DNA of 64,000 nt from assembly GCA_003558065.1 (NCBI GenBank), contig PWMU01000007.1, forward strand, positions 8,894-72,893, written 5' to 3'. Below, one piece after another: positions 19,574 to 28,005 of the stretch. Every line of letters starts with the position of its first letter. The stretch's first letter is position 1. The position numbers were made by a program, and so were the translations under genes. The notes under the pieces are model-generated. The model was not told the origin of the DNA. It was given only the letters and a program-made list of their open reading frames with translations, and did no database searches. The DNA is from Opitutia bacterium. Lineage in GTDB: Bacteria; Verrucomicrobiota; Verrucomicrobiia; Opitutales; T3Sed10-336.

Positions 19574-21658
19574 ATGGATACTCCGAGAATCACTGTTTCC
19601 TCATGCCTAGCAAAGCGGTCGTTTTTTGCCCTTCAACAAAAGAGAGTCGCCTCCTGTGGAGTCGTCGCCGCCATTTGCCTGGGGGGATTCCTGGCGCCGG
19701 CGCACGCCGATCCCGCGTCCGTGGACCCCGAGTTTCAGGCGGGGGCCGCCGCCAACGACGACATCCTGAGCTTTCGCTATTATCCGGGTGAAGGCGAGGT
19801 GGAAGACCGGATTTTGATCGGCGGTTTTTTGACCCAGTACGATGGAACGGAACGGCAGCGGGTTGCGCTCCTCGATCGGGATGGAGCGCTTGTGGAGGCC
19901 TTCGATCCCGGTTCCGGGCCCAATGGGCGAGTGGATTCGGCGGTGTTGCTGGACGATGGCAAGGTCCTGATCGGAGGGGCGTTCACCCGGGTCGACGGTG
20001 TCGACCGGAATCGAATCGCCCGCCTGAATGCGGACGGGTCGCTCGATGAAACGTTTGATCCGGGCAATGGCGCGGATTGGCTCGTCACCGATATTGCGGT
20101 GGATTCCGACGGCTACGTGCTGGTCACCGGGGGCTTTCAACAGTTCGACGGCCAGCAGGCGAACAGGATCGCGCGTCTGCAGCCCGACGGCGCCCTGGAC
20201 GAAACCTTTGATTCGGGCAACGGGTTTAACGACTGGACCGAGACGGTGGTTGTTGACTCGCAGGATCGCATTCTGGTTGGCGGAAGCTTCAGCCAGTACT
20301 CGGGAAGCACCGCGGGGCGTCTGGTCCGGCTGGAGAGCAACGGGGACCGTGATGAAACCTTTGATATCGGAACAGGATTCACGGGAACCGTGCGTGTGAT
20401 CGCGTTCGATCCCGATGGCGCGATAGTGGTCGGAGGTGATTTTACGGACTATGATTACGAGGGCGACACGATGGTTCGTCTTGCGCGTTTGGATACGGAT
20501 GGCCGGTTCGACGCAACGTTTGATACGGGAGAGGGATTCAACAACACCGTTTATTCGGTGGCTTTTCAACAGAACGGTCAGATCGTGGTTGGCGGGAACT
20601 TTACCGAGGTGGACGGCTTGTCGGTCCGCCGTGTGGCGCGGTTGAATGGCGCGGGCACCGTCGACACCGGGTTTGATCCGGGAAGCGGTCCCAACAGCAG
20701 AGTTCATGGTGTGGCGGTGCAGGACGACGGGCGTATCCTGTTGGGCGGACGGTTTACGGAGTATGACGGGGCGATTCATCGTCGCATCGTCCGGCTTGAG
20801 GGAGGTGGCCCTGCCGGCGGATACGATTTGTGGGTGCAGGATCACTTCAATTCCGAGGAGCAGAACGATCCGGCCGTCAGCGGTCCGGAAGCCGATCCGG
20901 ACGGTGACGGGATCGTCAATGTGTTGGAGTACGCCTTCGGGGGAGATCCGAAGGTTCCCTACAGCGCGACTCAGCCTGTTGCCGAAGAGGTCTCGGAGGG
21001 AGCCGACTCGTTTCTGGAAATCTCTTTTCTCCGCCTGAATGCCAATGATCTGGTGTACCGGGTTGAGGCTTCGGACGAACTGGAGGATTGGTCGGAAATC
21101 TGGGTGAGTACGGATCATGGTTTTCAGGGAAGTGGAGAAACCACCGTTGAAACGGTCCGGGATACCGAGGCGATTGCCGCCAACAGTTCCCGGTTCCTGC
21201 GGGTTCGCGTAAGCATGGAAGAGGTCGAACCCGCCGAACCCGTCGATCCCGAGTCCGGCTTTGATGCCTGGAGCGAGAGCTATTTCACATCGACCGAATT
21301 GGAGGATCCCGAGATCAGCGGGCGTTCGGCGGATCCCGACGGTGACGGAATCATCAACTTGATGGAGTATGCCTTCGGCGGGGATCCCTGGCAGTCGAAC
21401 AGCGCCACCTTGCCCACCCAGGAACGGATTGCGGACGGGGATGAGGTGTTTCAGGAGATCACGTTTTACCGTCTCGATACCGGGGATCTGATCTACCGGG
21501 TCCAGGCTTCGGACGACCTGCAAAGCTGGTCGGAGATTTGGGTCAGTACGGATCATCCCTTTCAGGGATCGGGATCCAGCACGATGGAGACGGTCCGGGA
21601 TCCCTCGCCTGTCAACGGCGGCCCGCGCTTCCTGCGCGTGCAGGTTTCCGAGAATTAA
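19574..21658 (+). CDS. Secreted delta-60-repeat beta-propeller protein with two tandem C-terminal surface/sorting-like domains
   Basis: Signal peptide ending AHA; seven repeats of DG[KR]ILIGG.F...RIARLN.DG.LD.TF; two copies of W...F...DPDGDG..N..EYAFGGDP...Y.V.AS..L..W...RFLRV. Confidence 0.85.
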   Translation: MDTPRITVSSCLAKRSFFALQQKRVASCGVVAAICLGGFLAPAHADPASVDPEFQAGAAANDDILSFRYYPGEGEVEDRILIGGFLTQYDGTERQRVALLDRDGALVEAFDPGSGPNGRVDSAVLLDDGKVLIGGAFTRVDGVDRNRIARLNADGSLDETFDPGNGADWLVTDIAVDSDGYVLVTGGFQQFDGQQANRIARLQPDGALDETFDSGNGFNDWTETVVVDSQDRILVGGSFSQYSGSTAGRLVRLESNGDRDETFDIGTGFTGTVRVIAFDPDGAIVVGGDFTDYDYEGDTMVRLARLDTDGRFDATFDTGEGFNNTVYSVAFQQNGQIVVGGNFTEVDGLSVRRVARLNGAGTVDTGFDPGSGPNSRVHGVAVQDDGRILLGGRFTEYDGAIHRRIVRLEGGGPAGGYDLWVQDHFNSEEQNDPAVSGPEADPDGDGIVNVLEYAFGGDPKVPYSATQPVAEEVSEGADSFLEISFLRLNANDLVYRVEASDELEDWSEIWVSTDHGFQGSGETTVETVRDTEAIAANSSRFLRVRVSMEEVEPAEPVDPESGFDAWSESYFTSTELEDPEISGRSADPDGDGIINLMEYAFGGDPWQSNSATLPTQERIADGDEVFQEITFYRLDTGDLIYRVQASDDLQSWSEIWVSTDHPFQGSGSSTMETVRDPSPVNGGPRFLRVQVSEN
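20818..21655 (+). repeat. Intragenic tandem duplication, two copies of about 400 bp
   Basis: Near-identical DNA blocks such as gatcc.gacggtgacgg.atc.tcaa..tg.tggagta.gccttcgg.gg.gatcc in both copies (about 20818-21215 and 21254-21655). Confidence 0.85.
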
Positions 21659-21680
21659 CGCTTTGCGCGGAAACCGCCCG

Positions 21681-21705
21681 TTGATTGCCGGTCCCCGGCA
21701 ATCAA
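21681..21705. terminator. Perfect hairpin between convergent genes
   Basis: ttgattgccgg-tcc-ccggcaatcaa, 11-bp stem; no clear U-tract. Confidence 0.55.
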
Positions 21706-22727
21706 TGGAGCAGTCGAAAAAGAGTCCGGAACGGCAGGAGCCGAATCGAAGCGAGCGCCAGGGCGAGATCGCGGCGTTTTTTGTCGGTTAGAAAGCCGTG
21801 CACCTGATTGGCGGTCCGCAGCCGGGAATGGAACCGGCGCCGCGCCGCATGGGATGAGTGACTGCAGGCTGTTGTCCAGTCCGTTTGGCCGCGCGTATAG
21901 GCGAGCACGGGAGCCAGGGCGATTTCCGCGTTCTCGAGAGCGAGGGACATTCCGTTCCCGGTGAACGGAGGGATCATTCCCGCGGCGTCGCCGATGCAAA
22001 GACGAGACGTATCGACGTGGTAGCCGCGGGGAAAATCGAATCCGGAGGAGGCGGCGAAGCTTTCGGGCAGCGTGACGGCGGCGCGGCCTCGTTCCGCCAG
22101 CAACGGCAGTCCGGATGCCTCGATGTAGCGGAACAGAAGTTCTTCCCTTGTGGCCCGCAGACCCGGGAGTCGGCGGAAGAGGCCGCAGAGATTGACAAGC
22201 CCCTCCTCGATTCGCGAAACCCCCACGTAGGCGCCGTCACCGAGGTGCATCTCCAGATCCTCCAGCAACCCCCGGAAATCCCTGAGATGGATCTTGAGCG
22301 CCATCCAGTCGGAACGTCCCTTTCCCCTGCCGGTGGCGGTCACGGTACCCTCTGAATAAAAGGTATCGCCGCCCGCCCGGTCCGCAGTCCGCAGGATTCC
22401 TCCGGTGGCTTCGAGCCGTTGGGCAAGCCGGTTGTCGAGACGGTACCGGGAGATGCCCCGGGCCGGGATCGGCAGGTCCGCCCGGAATATCCGTCGATTC
22501 CCCCGGTGCCAGCTCGTTGACCGGTTGAGCGCGCTTCCGCCAAGAAGCTCGGCGACACCGAGCCTTTCGAGGGTGGCTTCCGGAACCCCGCAGATGAATT
22601 CCCCGCAAACTCGGTGACGCGGGTAGCGGCCCGCCTCGCGAACCGTCACGGGCACCCCGTGACGCCGCAGAGCGATACCGAGGGAAAGGCCGGCCAGGCC
22701 GCCGCCGATGATGGTAATGGATTTCAT
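21702..22727 (-). CDS. FAD-dependent oxidoreductase
   Basis: ITIIGGGLAG Rossmann motif, YPRHRVCGEFI, IGDAAGMIPPFTGNGMSLA. Confidence 0.88.
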   Translation of the reverse strand: MKSITIIGGGLAGLSLGIALRRHGVPVTVREAGRYPRHRVCGEFICGVPEATLERLGVAELLGGSALNRSTSWHRGNRRIFRADLPIPARGISRYRLDNRLAQRLEATGGILRTADRAGGDTFYSEGTVTATGRGKGRSDWMALKIHLRDFRGLLEDLEMHLGDGAYVGVSRIEEGLVNLCGLFRRLPGLRATREELLFRYIEASGLPLLAERGRAAVTLPESFAASSGFDFPRGYHVDTSRLCIGDAAGMIPPFTGNGMSLALENAEIALAPVLAYTRGQTDWTTACSHSSHAARRRFHSRLRTANQVHGFLTDKKRRDLALALASIRLLPFRTLFRLLH

Positions 22728-23404
22728 TGGTGGCTTCGGTTTCTGCGTACGGCGATCATGCGGTAGGCGCCCCTCGTGGTGGTGTGGCATTGAATCCGCC
22801 AGGATTCCGGGTGGAGGCCGAGAAGGTCGGGGAGTTCTTCGCCGAGGAAGCCGGCACGGATGCTGACGCGTGCGTCATGCCAGCTCACCCGGTTGATGCC
22901 GAGCGGTCTCAGGAGCCAGACCTGGCGAAGGTGAATCACCCTCCGGGCGGTTTCACAGGCGACGATGACCCGGGCGTTCCGTCGGAGCCGTGCGCCGAGT
23001 CCGGCGAGTTGTTCGTCGGTGAACTGGTGGAGGATGAAATTGGCCAGAAAGAACCGGTACCGGTCGTACCCGGAATACGCAAGCAGGTCCTCCCGGTGCC
23101 ACCGCCAGGTCTTCGGCCAGGTGTCGGGACGGCTCCACAGGTCAAGACCGTCGATCCCGACCCCGGAAGGCAGGCGGTTGCTTCGGAAAAGACCGCTTCC
23201 CAGCGAGCCGTCTCCCGCTCCGAGCTCCAGACCCGTTTCGCCATCTCGCAGATGTCCGGGCAGGGTCCGCCGGAACCAGCGGAAGTTTCCCATGAAGAAA
23301 TTGATGAGACGCAGGTCGCGACGATTGTGAAGCGCCTCCGGATGGCCTTCAGGCAGACTGTCGAGTATTTCCGGTTGCACTTCACGTTTCATTGGAGCGT
23401 TCAT
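22724..23404 (-). CDS. SAM-dependent methyltransferase
   Basis: PEILD...RRDLRLINFFMG, LELGAGDG, ANFILHQF, HDARVSIRAGF; ATGA overlap with the oxidoreductase. Confidence 0.82.
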   Translation of the reverse strand: MNAPMKREVQPEILDSLPEGHPEALHNRRDLRLINFFMGNFRWFRRTLPGHLRDGETGLELGAGDGSLGSGLFRSNRLPSGVGIDGLDLWSRPDTWPKTWRWHREDLLAYSGYDRYRFFLANFILHQFTDEQLAGLGARLRRNARVIVACETARRVIHLRQVWLLRPLGINRVSWHDARVSIRAGFLGEELPDLLGLHPESWRIQCHTTTRGAYRMIAVRRNRSHQ

Positions 23405-23517
23405 GTTCGAGGGTGGAGGGTCGTAAGTCGTGACATTCAGGCTCGTGCGGCGACGAAAAATACAGTTTACTCAAAGAATGGCGTCGCCAAAATCAGCCGA
23501 ACATTCTAATTTACGGT

Positions 23518-25185
23518 ATGCAAAAGACTTTCCGAACCCTTTTTCTTGTCGTTGCCGTGTTGTTGAGTCCGGGGTCCGCGTTGTGGCTGGAATCGGCCGA
23601 AGCCCCGCTTCCGAAGGGAGTGATCCTCACGGTCAAAACGGGATCCCTGAAGGAACTGTCGGACAAAATTATGCAGATTGCCCGCCAAGTCGAGCCGGGA
23701 CCCCAGGTGGAATCGATGCCCTTTTTGCTGGGCGCGATGCTGGGGGATCCGATGCTGCAGGGAGTCGAAGCCGGGCGGAACATCGGGGTTGCGATGGTGA
23801 AACAGGAGGAAGAGTATGTGCCGGTGCTGCTTGCGAGGTTGCCCGAGGAGAGTCCGTACCGTCAGTCCCTGCCGGGATACGGATTATCGCTTTCCGATTA
23901 TGAGGGCTGGACCTTCGGGACATTGGCTCCGGTGGAACCGGATGCGCTGGGTGACTTGCGCGGGTCACTGGTCGAATGGGTTCAGGGGGCGCGTGAGCAC
24001 GATATCGAGTTGCATTTGAACGGGCCGGAAGTTTCGAGGTATATCCTTCAGATGGAAAGCGAGGTCCGTACGGGGCTCGCCGGGCTGACAGAGGAGGGGC
24101 AGGATCCCGAGATGGAAGAGGCGATCTGGTCCCTGGTGAAAACGATTGCCGGGGAATTCAGGGTGGCCTCCTCGATCGGCTTCGGGCTCGGCCTCGACGC
24201 GGAGTCTATCACTCAGCACGGGCACATCACGGCCGATGAGGACACCGCCCTGGGGCGCTTTTTTTCAGCTGATCACACGGTCTCCATCGCGGCTGCCGAG
24301 TGGATCGAGGCCGATCATCCTGTGGCTTACCTGGCGAGGGTGAATTCGGGAGCGATCCAGGATTACCTGAATTATTTTTCCGCCAAGGCCGAAGCCGCAG
24401 GAGGAGCGGTCGTGTCGGAGGTTTTCTCGACCCTGCGCCATGTGGTCGGGTCTTATGCGGAGTTCAGTGACGGCCATACGGCGGGCTACCTGCGGTTTGA
24501 GGCAATGGCGCCACGGATGGTGCAGCTTATGGACAGCCGGTATGACGACGACTCGTTGCGGGATTCCCTCAAAGCGGTGGTCGAAATGGTCAACCAGCCG
24601 GTTCTGAAAGGTTTTTCCCGCGATTCGTATGGCGAGGTAACGACGCGGGCCGAACTGCTGGAGGTGGAACAGAGGATTGGCGATCATGCAGTCCACGCGA
24701 TGCGTACTTTTGCTGATTTCGACGAGGACGACGATCTGTCCGAGGCTGATCGCGAGTTTTACGCGGGCCTGTACGAACAGATCGTTTATTATGTTCAGGT
24801 TGGGGACTACCTCCTCATGGCTTACGATTACGACGATCTGCTGAAGACGGCGACGTCGATTGCCGAAGGAGAGAGGCCGGACCGGAGCGTCGCGGGGAAG
24901 TTCCGGGAGGAGAGGGGCCTTGCCGGCCAATGGATCATTAATCCCGCCCCCTTTCTGGCCACGGCACAGGCATTCGGTGGGGGCGAAAGCGAGGAGGCGG
25001 GTACGGAGCTCCCCCCGGCCCGTGGCGAGGTTTGGGCGGGGGAGAATGGGGTGCGGGGGAGGTTTGAGATCCCCGTCGAGCTGATCGCCGCTGCCTATCG
25101 CGAGGGAAGGGCTATGGTCGAGGGTATGGGAATCGAAGAGTTCGATTTTGAGGAAGATCTTAACGGCGAGGTGCCGAACCAATAG
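23518..25185 (+). CDS. Secreted/periplasmic hypothetical protein (acidic)
   Basis: 555 aa ORF with signal peptide and no recognisable motif. Confidence 0.75.
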   Translation: MQKTFRTLFLVVAVLLSPGSALWLESAEAPLPKGVILTVKTGSLKELSDKIMQIARQVEPGPQVESMPFLLGAMLGDPMLQGVEAGRNIGVAMVKQEEEYVPVLLARLPEESPYRQSLPGYGLSLSDYEGWTFGTLAPVEPDALGDLRGSLVEWVQGAREHDIELHLNGPEVSRYILQMESEVRTGLAGLTEEGQDPEMEEAIWSLVKTIAGEFRVASSIGFGLGLDAESITQHGHITADEDTALGRFFSADHTVSIAAAEWIEADHPVAYLARVNSGAIQDYLNYFSAKAEAAGGAVVSEVFSTLRHVVGSYAEFSDGHTAGYLRFEAMAPRMVQLMDSRYDDDSLRDSLKAVVEMVNQPVLKGFSRDSYGEVTTRAELLEVEQRIGDHAVHAMRTFADFDEDDDLSEADREFYAGLYEQIVYYVQVGDYLLMAYDYDDLLKTATSIAEGERPDRSVAGKFREERGLAGQWIINPAPFLATAQAFGGGESEEAGTELPPARGEVWAGENGVRGRFEIPVELIAAAYREGRAMVEGMGIEEFDFEEDLNGEVPNQ

Positions 25186-25250
25186 GGGGAACGGCTGTGT
25201 TCCGGTCGAATCCAGCGGATCGAATTGCCTCTCCGCCCGGACAACCGGCG

Positions 25251-25628
25251 ATGGGCGAGGAGGATTGGGCGCGGTTTCGCGAAGGGATCGAGCTGTTCAA
25301 CGCGGGTTCTTTCTGGCACGCCCACGAAGCCTGGGAGGCGGTGTGGCGCCGCAAAACGGGCGACTGTACGTTTTTCTTTAAAGGCCTGATCCAGGCGGCG
25401 GCCGCTTATCACCAGCTTGAACAGGGGAAATTCCGGGGAATGATGACACACTTTGATAACGCCCGGGCGAAACTTGTCCCGTTTGCTCCCGAGTATCTGG
25501 GGGTGAGGGTTGATGCCCTGCTCGAATCGCTGGATCGTTCCCGGCACGAGGCGGAGCGTCTGGGAAAGACAGGGCTGCAGCCCTGTCCTCGGACGCCGGT
25601 TGCGCGTATCGAATTCGCGCCATCGTGA
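25251..25628 (+). CDS. DUF309 family protein
   Basis: GIELFNAGSFWHAHEAWEAVW..FFKGLIQAAAAYHQ; start could be GTG 25197. Confidence 0.85.
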   Translation: MGEEDWARFREGIELFNAGSFWHAHEAWEAVWRRKTGDCTFFFKGLIQAAAAYHQLEQGKFRGMMTHFDNARAKLVPFAPEYLGVRVDALLESLDRSRHEAERLGKTGLQPCPRTPVARIEFAPS

Positions 25629-25730
25629 AAGGTGATCGGTTAAGGCGCTCGTTGGAAGTAGCTCAGGCTTCCAGCGGGAGACAACACGGTGGAAGCGTGT
25701 TCTGCTTTGAGCTTAACCGTGCCCTTCGTG

Positions 25731-26348
25731 CTACTGCAGAATGACGAACTCGGTGCGACGATCCTCGGCCATTTGGGATTCGCTGCCTCCCTCGGTGGCT
25801 TCGAGATCGCCCATGGAGAGAACCTCAATACGATCGCGGGAGATTCCGAGATTGAGGAGATACTCCTTCACGGCGGTGGCGCGCCGGTCGCCAAGCCCGA
25901 GATTGTACTCGGTCGTTCCGCGCCAGTCGCAGTGGCCTTCCAGGAGAATGTTGTGATCCGGGTTATCGTGAAGGTGGTTGGCAACCTCTTCGATCTTGGC
26001 CCGTTCACCGGAGCGAATGTTCGACCGGTCGAACTCGAAGTAGACCGACTCGAACATGTCGCGAATCTGCTCGCCGTCCCCGAACTCCTGGCGTTCTTCA
26101 AGGCCCGGGCGCGGTTCCAGAACGAAATCCTCGTCCCAGCCGGTGTCGTCACGATCCTGGGCGTCGAGTTCGTCCGCTCTGGCTGCACGCTCGGCCCGTT
26201 CGGCGTCGCTCAGGTAACCGGACTGGTAATCCGGGTCGCCCATGACCGTCTGATCGGGACTCGGCCGGGGATGGTCACGGCAGGCGGAAAAAAGGAAGAG
26301 GACGGACAGACCGCCTAGGAAAAGGGTGGTTTTGGTGGCGACGTTCAT
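25731..26348 (-). CDS. pal: OmpA/Pal family peptidoglycan-associated lipoprotein
   Basis: Lipobox LFSAC; VYFEFDRS, LEGHCDWRGTTEYNLGLGDRRA, DRRTEF. Confidence 0.88.
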   Translation of the reverse strand: MNVATKTTLFLGGLSVLFLFSACRDHPRPSPDQTVMGDPDYQSGYLSDAERAERAARADELDAQDRDDTGWDEDFVLEPRPGLEERQEFGDGEQIRDMFESVYFEFDRSNIRSGERAKIEEVANHLHDNPDHNILLEGHCDWRGTTEYNLGLGDRRATAVKEYLLNLGISRDRIEVLSMGDLEATEGGSESQMAEDRRTEFVILQ

Positions 26349-26381
26349 TGACTCGATAGTTCGGATTCAGAAGAGGATTGA

Positions 26382-26410
26382 ATAATGTAAAGATTCCCCG
26401 GGCGGTGCAA
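26382..26410 (-). promoter_or_regulatory. Putative sigma70 promoter for pal
   Basis: Minus strand TTGCAC-N17-CATTAT. Confidence 0.45.
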
Positions 26411-26485
26411 GCGATTTTGAAATCGTCACCGGCGGGTTTTCATGCGATAATTCGGGGTTAGCTTGGACAGGTGCAAGCAAAATCC

Positions 26486-27352
26486 ATGACGACGGTATTT
26501 TTGATTGATAACGGTTCCCTTCGGCCCGATTCGACCCGGAATCTCCGCAAGGTCGCTTCGGAGCTGGCCCGGAGGACGGGAATTTGGGTCGAACCCGTTT
26601 CGTTGCTTCATTCGGACCGGGTTCCCGCTGATGAATTGGATGGGCTTCCCGCCGAGGTGTTCGAGCCGGCTCTGGCGGCTCGTGCCGAAGGCGGGTCAAC
26701 CGATTTTTTACTGCTTCCGTTTTTCTTCGGTCCCAGCCGTGCCCTCACCGAATACATCCCGGAGCGATTGGGGCGTTTGAGTAAACGGTATCCCGGATTG
26801 AATGTCCGGATCGGGCGGCCGCTGGTTGATCTCGACGGGGAGAACGACACGCGGGTTGCGGGTATTCTGAAGGACCGCGTCGAAGAGCGGCTCGAACCCG
26901 GGCACACGCCCCCGGTCGTAGTCGTCGATCACGGAAGCCCGGTGCCGGAGGTGACGGCGGTCCGGAATTTTGTCGCCGGGCAATTGAGCGCCCTGTTGGG
27001 GGCTCGGGTCAGCCGGGTGGCTCCCGCTTCGATGGAGCGGCGGCCCGGCGCCTCGTACCGGTTCAACGAGCCGCTTTTGGAAAACCTGCTCGACCGCCCC
27101 GGTTTTAATGCCGGCCGGGTCATCGTTGCCATGATGTTCCTGTCCCCCGGCCGCCACGCGGGCCCCCAGGGCGATGTCGCGGCGATTTGCCGCGAGGCCG
27201 AAAGGCGCAATCCGGATCTTCGGGCGGTGACGACGGACCTGGCCGGGGAACATGAGGCCGTCGTTGAGATTCTCTGCGACCGGGTACGCCGGGAGATTGG
27301 GGAGTGCCGCGGCACCGAACCAGGAACGGCCCGAGCCGCCGGTGGATCCTGA
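26486..27352 (+). CDS. CbiX/SirB-like chelatase family protein
   Basis: LIDNGSLRP, LPFFFGPS, VVDHGSP, FLSPGRHAG two-domain CbiX pattern. Confidence 0.78.
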   Translation: MTTVFLIDNGSLRPDSTRNLRKVASELARRTGIWVEPVSLLHSDRVPADELDGLPAEVFEPALAARAEGGSTDFLLLPFFFGPSRALTEYIPERLGRLSKRYPGLNVRIGRPLVDLDGENDTRVAGILKDRVEERLEPGHTPPVVVVDHGSPVPEVTAVRNFVAGQLSALLGARVSRVAPASMERRPGASYRFNEPLLENLLDRPGFNAGRVIVAMMFLSPGRHAGPQGDVAAICREAERRNPDLRAVTTDLAGEHEAVVEILCDRVRREIGECRGTEPGTARAAGGS

Positions 27353-27397
27353 CCGGCTTGAAAGGGGGGGGTGCCTGCCGAGTCAGCCGGATTCCTT

Positions 27398-27937
27398 CTA
27401 CCTCCCGGCTGCGTTCCGCGGCCGTTCCCCGCCCGCGTCCTCCCCTTCGTCGGGACCGCTTTCCAGAACGTAGGCGTAGCGGATTTCCGATATAAAACGG
27501 AACTGCCCGGTTTGGAGATCGCCGTTGTCGTAGGTCTTATCGAAGCGGAGCAGGTGGTCTTCAGAGACATCGGGATCGAGCACGGCGATTGCGGCTTTCA
27601 CCCCGTGATGGTTGGTTACCCATTCCCACTCGCCTCCGAAAGGCGTGGGCGCAGTCCAGTCAAAACGATTGATATAGTCCTCCACGCCTTCCGGTGGCGT
27701 TCCGGGCCCGCGTGATTCGGGGTATTCCTCGTTCTCGGTCGCATAAACCGCGAACGCTTCGATCACTTTACTGATTTCGCCGTGAAACCGGGCGTTCTGG
27801 TGGTTCTCGCGCATTCGGTCGTAGACGGGAAAGGCCACTGCCGCCAGGAGACCGAAAATGACAACCAGAGTCACAATCTCCAAAGCGGAGGAACCCGTTC
27901 GGCTGCGTAAGGAATATTGGCGGTTCGATAGAGCCAT
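27398..27937 (-). CDS. Pseudopilin-like protein with degenerate prepilin leader
   Basis: RTG|SSALEIVTLVVIFGLLAAVAFP; AFAVYATENEEYP; TPFGGEWEW; DKTYDNGDL.TG.FR. Confidence 0.78.
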   Translation of the reverse strand: MALSNRQYSLRSRTGSSALEIVTLVVIFGLLAAVAFPVYDRMRENHQNARFHGEISKVIEAFAVYATENEEYPESRGPGTPPEGVEDYINRFDWTAPTPFGGEWEWVTNHHGVKAAIAVLDPDVSEDHLLRFDKTYDNGDLQTGQFRFISEIRYAYVLESGPDEGEDAGGERPRNAAGR

Positions 27938-28005
27938 AGATGGACCTCGAAAGTAGTCCCGTTGCCGCGGAGCGTCAACTGATAGTTTGGTACGCGAAGC
28001 CCGGC

